64,000 nucleotides of DNA from Vitrella brassicaformis CCMP3155 (taxonomy: Eukaryota > Protista > Chromerida), in the NCBI GenBank assembly GCA_001179505.1, contig CDMY01000055.1:1-64000 (forward strand), given 5' to 3'. A program made the position numbers and the translations under genes. The notes under the pieces were generated by a model. It had not been told where the DNA came from. It saw only the letters and a program-made list of their open reading frames with translations, and ran no database searches. Below are positions 56,083 to 64,000 of the stretch, in pieces; the first letter of the stretch is position 1; every line of letters begins with the position of its first letter.

Positions 56083-57970
56083 ATGTCGATGAGTGACGAG
56101 GGTGGCGCGCCGCCCAAACGGCCCCGCACACAGGGAGGAGAGGAAATGACCGCATCTGATAGCAAATCGGTGGGGCAACTGACTGGCAGAAGAGCACTCG
56201 TGGTCACATCACCCCTGTCTGTCTGTTTGTCTGTCTGTTTGTTGTGGTTCAGTCCATCGCTGAGGGTATGGCTCAGCTGGAGGACCGCATCGCGTCACTT
56301 CACCAACACATACAACAGGTGACCCACACGTCAGAGGGCTCACTGTGACGTGACGCCATCCGTCCAGTGGGCTCTCACTCTCTGTGTTGCCATCGGCTGT
56401 TTGCGTGTCTGTCAGGCCACTCGCGAGGCTGCCGATGTGCAGGAGCTCTTCAACACGACAGCCGCAGCACAGGTCAACCACACACAAACACCCCACACAA
56501 TGAGGCCATCACAACTCTCCCACTGTGTGTCTGTGTGCTGTTGTGCAGACGCCATTTCTCGCCCAGAAGTGGCCTGGCGTGTTGTCGGCTCTCTCGTCGG
56601 CTGCCGAGGGTCTGCGTGGGATCGGTGAGGGCGTCAAGGGCACCTGCCGGCCGATGGGCTGGGCTAAGCCGCCGCCACCCAGACACTTGGGCGACGACCT
56701 GTCGGCCGACGTGTGGCGGGGGGACATCTACCCGATGCTGTCTGTGTGTGAGGCCGTCTGCTCGGCCCGCCCCACCAGCAAGGCACACGGCAGCCAACTC
56801 GTCGATGAGGCCTTCATGCTCAAGCGCATCGACCAGGACCTCAAGAAACACTCACTCACCGGACTCGTCGATGTCGAGCGCCCCACCCCTCCCACAGCCA
56901 CAGCCACAGCCACAGCCACAGCAGCAGACACCGACCCCCCCGGTGGCCCCCCGACAGACCCACAGCCGGCCAGCGATGCCGTCCGGCGGTTTCGCTATCT
57001 GTCGGCGTCCGCCTATGCACTGGAGCGGGGCGGGGCGGTGTGGCAGCAGATGACCGACTTCATCCACCTGGCGCACAAGTACAAGCTCATCAAGACACTG
57101 CCCCTGCGGCTGTCGGCTAATTCGCTGCCCACCGCTGCAGCATTTGACGAGCTGCCTCTCGCCCTGGCCGTCTACAAGACATTCGGCCGTTTGCTCAGCT
57201 ACAAGGGTGATAGCCTGGCGCTGGAGCGGGTGGAGGAGGAGATGGAGGAGCAGGAGGACGGCGAGGAGATGGAGGACAGCGATGAGGAGGAGCAGGAGGG
57301 TGAGGGCGACGATGCCATGGGCGATGGGGGCGAGCAGGATGACGAACAAGGTGACGACATCGACCAGCAGCAGCAAGAGGGTGCAGGGGGCGATGGGTCA
57401 GGAGGGCAGCCGGGCGATGGGAGTGCTGGGGGCGTGACGAGACAGCGCTATAGGATCGGTGCGGAGTACTTCACGACCGTCCCTCTTTCTGATTTGCCCC
57501 CGAACCACCCCTACCGCAGCGGATACAAGGACAGCGATCCCGTCATCCGCAGTGGGGGCTGTCTCTTCCCATCATTCACGGCATTCCTCAAGGGGACGGT
57601 CCTGATGGAGTGGTGTGACCAAGAGGGGGTGGCGCAGAAGCTGGTGGCTGGCGCTAGTGTCGGTCGTGACGACAGCCGCTATCGGTCTCTGCTGACGGCA
57701 CCGACCATCGGGGGCGGTGAGACCATCGACTTCATCAATGAGCATCCACCCCAGGGATATGACGGCCGCGAGCGACTCATCATCGTCAAGGGCACCACAA
57801 CGACCGACACCATTGTGGCCTACCTGTGGCTGAGCTATGGCGACATCAGCCTCTTGACGACCGAGGCGGCGACAGAGGGCAACAGTGACATCGAACGCTA
57901 TCCCATTGCTGTGAATGCCGCCAGACGAGTGCTGGTCAAGTACGGGCTCGAGAGGACAGTGCTTGCATAG
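56083..57970 (+). CDS. Lineage-specific expanded family protein, intact paralogue outside the duplication
   Basis: Same four-exon, phase-0 architecture (MSMSDEGG...SKS|SIAEG...IQQ|ATREA...AAQ|TPFLAQKW...), with shared QLVDEAFMLKRI, RLSANSLPTAAAF and RQRYRIG...YGLERTV blocks. Confidence 0.85.
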
Positions 57971-58575
57971 ACGGCTTAGCTGACGACAGCACACTGGTGA
58001 GGAGGAAAGAGAGTAGGCGGGGGAGAGAGCAGGCGTGGTAATGCGATGGATCTCCTCATTCCTCGTGGGGTGGTGTGCTGCATTTGTTGATTGATGTTCT
58101 TCAGCTCAAGTGTCGCTGCGATAGGGGTGAGAGACAAAATAGCGTGACCTTCCTTATTTGATGAACTTATGTCTTATGTGGTGTGCTGCTTTTTTTGATT
58201 GATGCGGTGTAGGTAGGCGGCGGATCGATCGTAGCGAACTGATTGGCTGACGGACTGACAAATGTGATGTAGCCGGTGATGAGTGTTGACATGCGTGTAC
58301 CTATCTGCCCAGCTGCCCGTGAGTGACTCTTGATGCGTGACTTTCATCTTCCTTTATGGAGCATTCATTGACCAAAGAAAGAAAGGCCAAAAACGTCGTG
58401 CAATCAACCGTCGTCGACCAACCATACATCCCTCCCTCCCTCCCCCCCTCCCTCTCGGTTGTCATACGCTACCACTCAACCAACCAATCAACCAATACAT
58501 TCACCAAAATCGGCCCCTCGGCAGCGGCTGGCTCTCACCCACCGAGCCCATCTCTCTCTCCCTCTCCCCCGTCGC

Positions 58576-61521
58576 TCACATGATGGCACAGTCGCGTTTC
58601 TTCTTGCCTCCAGAGTAGTCGTGGTGCCTGCCCAGGAAACGACCTGGGCCGTTCGGACGACCGCCGCCACCCACGGGAGCCTGCACACACACGGACACGC
58701 ACGGACGCGGCAGAAATGAGCGATGGGCCGCCCCATGGATGCGCTCGCTCGGCCTCGTACCGATTGTGGTCTCTGCATCTGAGCCCTCTCAGCTTGGGCA
58801 CGACGCTCCTGAGACACAGCCCGCAAGGACAACCAGACAGCCACAATGAGCATCACACCACCAACAACACACCAACACACACACACCCAGTACGGGTACC
58901 TCTTCCATCTGCAGATGCAGCGCAAAGGCCAGGTCGCCGTCGGTCGACCCGTCAGTCACGGCATGCGACCCCTGACCCGCCCCAACAGACGACCCAGCAG
59001 CAGCAGGTGGGATGGGCGATGGCCTGGGGACAATCTGCTGAGGCGCCGTGACGGTGATGGGTCCCTGGAGGGGAGCAAAACCCGGCTGAGGCCGGAGGCC
59101 GACTGGCACGCCCATTGTCACGGGATGGGCGGGCGGTGGGCGGGGCTGCGACGAGCGGCCGGGGCGGGGCTGCCATGCAACTCCCCCACCATACGAGGTG
59201 GACTGAGGCTGAGGAGCCACCGATGATGGGACGGGGACGGAGGGGTGAGGAGGGAGCGTCGGGGGAAGGGGGTGAGCCGGGGCGGCGGCTGCCGCTGCTG
59301 CTGCTGCTGCCGAGACTGGCGTGTTGACTCTGCCGTATTTCGTTGACTGCAGGGACATGCACAGACAGGCACGGAGGAAGGATGAATGGAAGGGCCGGAT
59401 CTCTCGGCTATGGAGGGATGGATGACCTGGAAGTTGGAATTGACGAAGACGGTGTCGCCCCCGATGTCGTTGAGCTTCTCCCACACCACCTCGGGGATGT
59501 CGCGGTAGCCCTCGTCCGTCACCAAACTGTACAGCGTCTGGTCAAGCTTGAAAACTGTCGCAAAATGGTTGTTTCCTGAACACGCACACACAACCACGAC
59601 ACGTTCATTCTCTCCCCCATTCCTTCAGATGTATGTGTGATCTGGGTGCTTACGAAAGAAGACGCACAGCTGCCTTTCCCTGACGGTGCCGTGCAGTGCC
59701 TCCAGCCCCTCATAGGTCATCTGTGCGGCCGTGTTCTCCAGGAAGGCCTGGATGATCTCACCCTCCTCCATCGCCTGATGGATCTCGCGCATCGAAGGGC
59801 CAGGGGCGCCTCCGCCCCCACCGCCCCCAGCACTGCCCCCGCTCCCTCTTGCAGAGCTCGATCGGCCGCCTCCCCTGGTGGGGCTGAGACTCCTCGACCC
59901 GGCTCGCGGCCTTCCACTGCCGCTCCCGGCAGCAGCTGCTGCTGATGGGCTGCTCGTCGATGCGGACACCCCCCTGCCAACCCGCGATGAGCGCATACTC
60001 GCGCCGCCCAGTGCGGGCGAGCTGCCCGGCTCCCCCTCGCCCTCATGCTCGCCCTCTGGCTCCTCGCTTGTCGTCGGCGGTGCGTCGCTGGCGGCCCTCT
60101 CGGGCACATCCACATTGGGGAAGGCCGCACACGCGACGGGGGAGGGTGCGAGGGATGGGGCGGTTTTGGGGCTGCACTCGCCCGCCTCGTTGGCCTCCTG
60201 GAGAGCCATCCGCCGGGCCGACGAGGCCATGTCGTCCTCGGCTGGTGCGGAGAGGGAGAGACTGGCGAGAGAAGGGCCCGCCACTCGCCGTGAGGAGCCG
60301 CCGCCGTCCTCCTCTGCCCTGGGGTACGCCGATGATGTGGCGGACGGGGTGGCTGCTGCTGCCGATGCGGGCAGGCTAAACTGGTCGTCACGGTCGCGGA
60401 GACTGTTGACGTCCAGATCTCGCTCGCCCTCAGGGTTGGGGAGGTTGCCTGTCTCCTGGTCAACACACGTGCTGCAGACAGACATAAACAAGATGCATAG
60501 ACAGACGTGTGCAGGGAGGAAAGGCGATACACTTCTAGGTGTCATATCGATCCGTACCTGCTGTCTGCAGCAGTGGAGCCGTTGCCCGTCGACTGGGCGT
60601 CGAATCGCGGGCTGCCCGGCAGCGGCTGACCGTCCTCACTCGCACGGCTACGATGCGTCCGGCCGGCCGGGCTGCCACCGCCCAGAGATGCACCCGACCC
60701 AGGAGCGGCAGCAGCAGCAGCAGCTGCAGCAGCAGCCGAGCCAGCAGAAGCCGAAGCAGAGGCAGATGCAGCAGCCGGTGGCTGGCTGTCGGCAGGGGAG
60801 AGGTTGTCGAGGTCGAAGGATCCTCTGAATATGCGGGACTGGAGGTCCCTGTATGTGATGAGCCGCTCGATGAGCTGGTTGTAGCTCAGGCTCGACACCA
60901 CTTGGTACGTGGTGTGGTCCTGGGGAGAGCAGATCCAGCCGTGCACCAGCTGAAAGACACATCAGAGACAACCACAGCCACAGGATGCATCGAGCAGATG
61001 AGCCATCGTGTTTTTTGTAGCCGCCGGCTGGGAGACCTACCGTGCAATCGAGCATGTCAAAGACGCTCAGCTCGGTGGTGTACTCGAACGCCATGCAGTC
61101 GGTGAACCTCACGTTGACGTCGAGCCCCACGTTGAGCCTTGGTAGTATGGTGATGACGTCGCTGATGAGCTGCTGGAAGTTGGCGTCGGTGGCGGCATTG
61201 GAGGCCGACCGCGGGTTGGTGTCGAGCAGCACGTTGCTGACCTGCTGCACCAGCGCGTCAAATGTGACCTCCTTGGTCCCGTCGGGGTACTGGAGACGAT
61301 TTCGCAGCAGCAGAATGTTCGCTATCGCCAGCAGCGGACCTGGTGCGACACAGGCAGACAGACAGGGACGACGTGAGTGTGTGTGTGACAGAGTTGCGCG
61401 TGTGTGTGTCTGTCTGCCTTTTGCGTGTGGTCTTACATGGTCCGTTCTCTGCCTGCATCAGGATGGGCGTCTTCCTGCCCAGGAACTCTATCCATTTGGT
61501 GCGGTACGCCTTCGCCGTCAT
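58576..61521 (-). CDS. MINDY1: MINDY-family (FAM63/MIY) K48 deubiquitinase with a MIU motif and C-terminal CaaX box
   Basis: Catalytic Cys in QAENGPC|PLLAIAN and His in FR|NNHF. Also GLDVNVRF, LVHGW, VVWEKL..IGGD..FV and MIU GDLAFALHLQMEE. Ends KKKRDCAIM*. Confidence 0.9.
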
Positions 61522-61615
61522 CCTTGTGTCTGAGGAGAAAGGAGACGTCGGAGCGATTAAGATGATGAAAACCTCACACGAGGAGAGCAAACACGCAGCG
61601 TCATCCTCCTCCAAA

Positions 61616-62466
61616 ATGCTGGTGGCTTCTCTACCCTTTCTCCAATGCGATCTCGCAAGCTCGCAGAGAATCCCCTTGAGGAGCAAATCAAACCTTTGGA
61701 GGCCGGCAGCAGCGCCACAAGGACCACAGAAGGCCACTGAGAGTTGCTGGATACTCAGCAGCGTAATCTCGTCGACATCTCCTTCCGGCCGCTGCAGGTG
61801 AACGGAACGGACACACCTCCTGCAAACGCCAAAGCGTTGCAACGCCTCCTCTGTGTTTGATCTGCACATGCAGATCTCGCCCGAGCCCGATCAACAATGC
61901 CATTGTGAGCAGCACACGACGGGCCTGGGAGTGCTTCGTGCGCTCTTGTTCCATCCATGTATTGCCTCTGTCTGTCTGTGTGTGTGTGTTCTGTGTTTGT
62001 GTGACTGCAGTGATTTCGTGTACATATGGTGGCACCACATGCGCGTGGGGTCTCGCCACCAGGTCCGCGTGCACAAGGGATTCCGGCCACAGAAGTTCGA
62101 ACACATCGGACAAGCCATCAACTTCGTCAGGTCGGTCACCACACCTGACCGACACACACACAGCGGCTGTACAGACGTGTCATTCATTTGAATGACTCTC
62201 CCTCCCTCCCTCCTCTGTGTGTGTGTCTGTCATCGGTGGATGTATGCAGGACGACTCGCACCAACAAGTTGTGGCCGGTGAATGTGTGTCGGCCCATCGA
62301 CAGGGAGGAGTGGGGCACACGGCCGGGCGACTACATTTTGCAGGTCGAGAAGGGCGACATCAAGCCGACGGAGGAGGAGATACAGAAGCTGGAGAAGTTC
62401 TTTGGCGTGCCACTCAGGCGGAAGAAGAAAAAGAGGGAGCCTGGCAAGTGGCTCAGACCTATATGA
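61616..62466 (+). CDS. Small protein with a C-terminal MBF1/Cro-C1-like HTH segment
   Basis: Last exon ILQVEKGDIKPTEEEIQKLEKFFGVPLR resembles MBF1 helices. The 5' exons and start codon are a tentative manual model. Confidence 0.55.
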
Positions 62467-63039
62467 CAGACATGCATGAGATACGCGTGATGCACCTACT
62501 GATTGGTGTGTTTTGGGTTTCTTGTACAGTAGTCAGTCAGTCAGTCAGTCGTGGCCATGCGGGGAGACTCTGGGTGTGTGGGGGTACGTGTCTTCTCGGC
62601 TTTCGGCTGTGTGTGCCGTGCGGATGTCTGCCGCGTGGTGTGAGTGGATGATGGACACACTACTTGTAAGGGACACATCACATTGATCTCAGTGTGTCAT
62701 TTCAGTTCAGACACATGCAGCCAGTGATCCGATCGATGAGCCAGCCTGCCTGCCTGCCTGCCTGCATGTCTCTATACGGGTCGACAAATATAAAATGTAG
62801 ACACCGATATGAATATGTGTCAATCAGCCAGAGACAGACAGATATCATCAGAGCACCCCGCAAAACACGCACAGTTCTTCTCGCTTCAGACACAAACAGA
62901 CACCACAGCCGCAGCCAGCCACCCACCGGCCCTTTCCCGCCCTCCCCCTCCCCCCTCCCCCCTCCCACACACAGACAAACAGACAGGCAGCCACCCCTCC
63001 TCTCCCCCCTGCCCCTCCCCCTCCTACAGACAGACCGAC

Positions 63040-63341
63040 TCAGGGGCTGGCCGCCTGATAGTTCACAGCGAAAGCACGTCTGTGTGAGAGGCACTATACG
63101 TGTCCTGCCTCACCATGTTGTTGTTGTTGTTGTTGATGTTGTTGAAAATGTCCCTGAACACCGCCAGTTTGGCATCTGCCAACATCCCTTGAGTCTCCTC
63201 GTCGGGGTTGACGGCATGGTTTCTGCTGCCTTGTTGCTGAGGGCTTTGGTGATTGACGGCTCGTGGTACCGGATCGATGCCTTGTAGGTCGAGCCGGGTT
63301 TTCAGCCGCGTTGCCTCCTCCTCCAGTACCCTCAGAGGAGC
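63040..63341 (-). CDS. Possible terminal exons of an unidentified gene (APLRVLEEEATRLKTRL...NNNNM|AASP*)
   Basis: Plausible AG/GT boundaries and coiled-coil-like composition. No start codon or family was identified. Confidence 0.3.
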
Positions 63342-63767
63342 CTTGTGCGGTCAAATGGAATGCCGTGGCCGTTCGCGCTGTTGCGGCCTGAAACACACAC
63401 GCATGGAGCAAATCATCCAACGAAAAACGCCTTCTTCTCTCAAGTCTTCTTGCCCTCAGGAGCTGGCGGAGGGGATGCGGAACACAGATCGGGCTTCCCG
63501 AAAGGAGGCGTTTTGTGAGATGGGAGGCGCGCAGATCAGGCTCTAACGAGATGTCATCCGGATGAGCTCTGAACGACAGGAGAGAAAGGATCAATCCGAG
63601 ACAGGAGCCCGGCTTCTTGTTCGTTCCTCACCCGCCCCGAGACGGCTTGGTGGGCGTCTTAATCTCTCCCGGCTCAGTGACAACACGATACTGATCTTTC
63701 TACATCTCACACGAGGCACGCAACACGAACAACAACAGATCACAGCATGCGGAAAAGCCTTTTCGTC

Positions 63768-64000
63768 TTACTTATTCGAGGTATCCACTTTTGTTGAGCT
63801 TGATTTGTCTCCGTCCCGTGTTTCGGCAAACCAAGAGTGTTCCAAAGCCTCTCCCGCCGACCTGCCGCGACTATATGACAATCCGCTTGTACCCATCATA
63901 CTCTTCTTTGCTGCTGAAGGCGCTAGCATCGTAATCATCATTGTTGTCATACTCGTCTGCCGCGCCTTTGAAGGGCTCGTGCTTGGCGGTCTCTTTTGGG
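63768..64000 (-). CDS. Possible 3' end of a gene running out of the window (SAGEALEHSWF resembles protein-kinase subdomain XI)
   Basis: A single short motif only. Another frame is also open from the window edge. Confidence 0.3.
   Translation of the reverse strand, partial: QKRPPSTSPSKARQTSMTTMMITMLAPSAAKKSMMGTSGLSYSRGRSAGEALEHSWFAETRDGDKSSSTKVDTSNK

Noticed and set aside
61522-61869. 348-nt in-frame upstream extension of the MINDY ORF
   Set aside because: No ATG-based or homology support. It overlaps the first exon of the divergent plus-strand gene, and MINDY homologues begin near the Y.TK..FLGR motif.

Overview
Eukaryotic, GC-rich, intron-dense genomic DNA. Short introns are full of (CA)n/(GACA)n/(CATC)n microsatellites and some genes carry bipartite 'AF' plastid presequences; this style fits a chromerid alveolate such as Vitrella brassicaformis (inference). 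About 17 protein-coding loci were reconstructed by hand from GT/GC-AG splice sites. An ~11.3 kb inverted segmental duplication (4259-15502 vs 31214-42565) carries four genes: a THUMP/RlmL-type RNA methyltransferase, a profilin-like gene, a Cdc25-type phosphatase and a member of an expanded lineage-specific family. Their fates differ: two left copies are pseudogenes, profilin is conserved in both arms, and each Cdc25 copy has lost a different splice donor. The spacer holds a PAN/Apple-subtilisin, a degenerate GATase-like gene and the most striking locus: a multi-exon gene (22147-27735, minus) that joins a Cys-rich multi-TM module, a stand-alone S1-S4 voltage-sensor domain and a class I cyclic-nucleotide phosphodiesterase domain with a degenerate metal site. 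Also present: a Crinkler-like Ubl/REase ORF, an oocyst-wall-like secreted polyprotein with an RxL(Q) motif before each Cys module, a SNF2/BRM ATPase, a MINDY deubiquitinase, an HhH glycosylase-like protein, a plastid membrane protein and an MBF1-like HTH protein. All gene models and family calls are manual motif recognition, not database hits.
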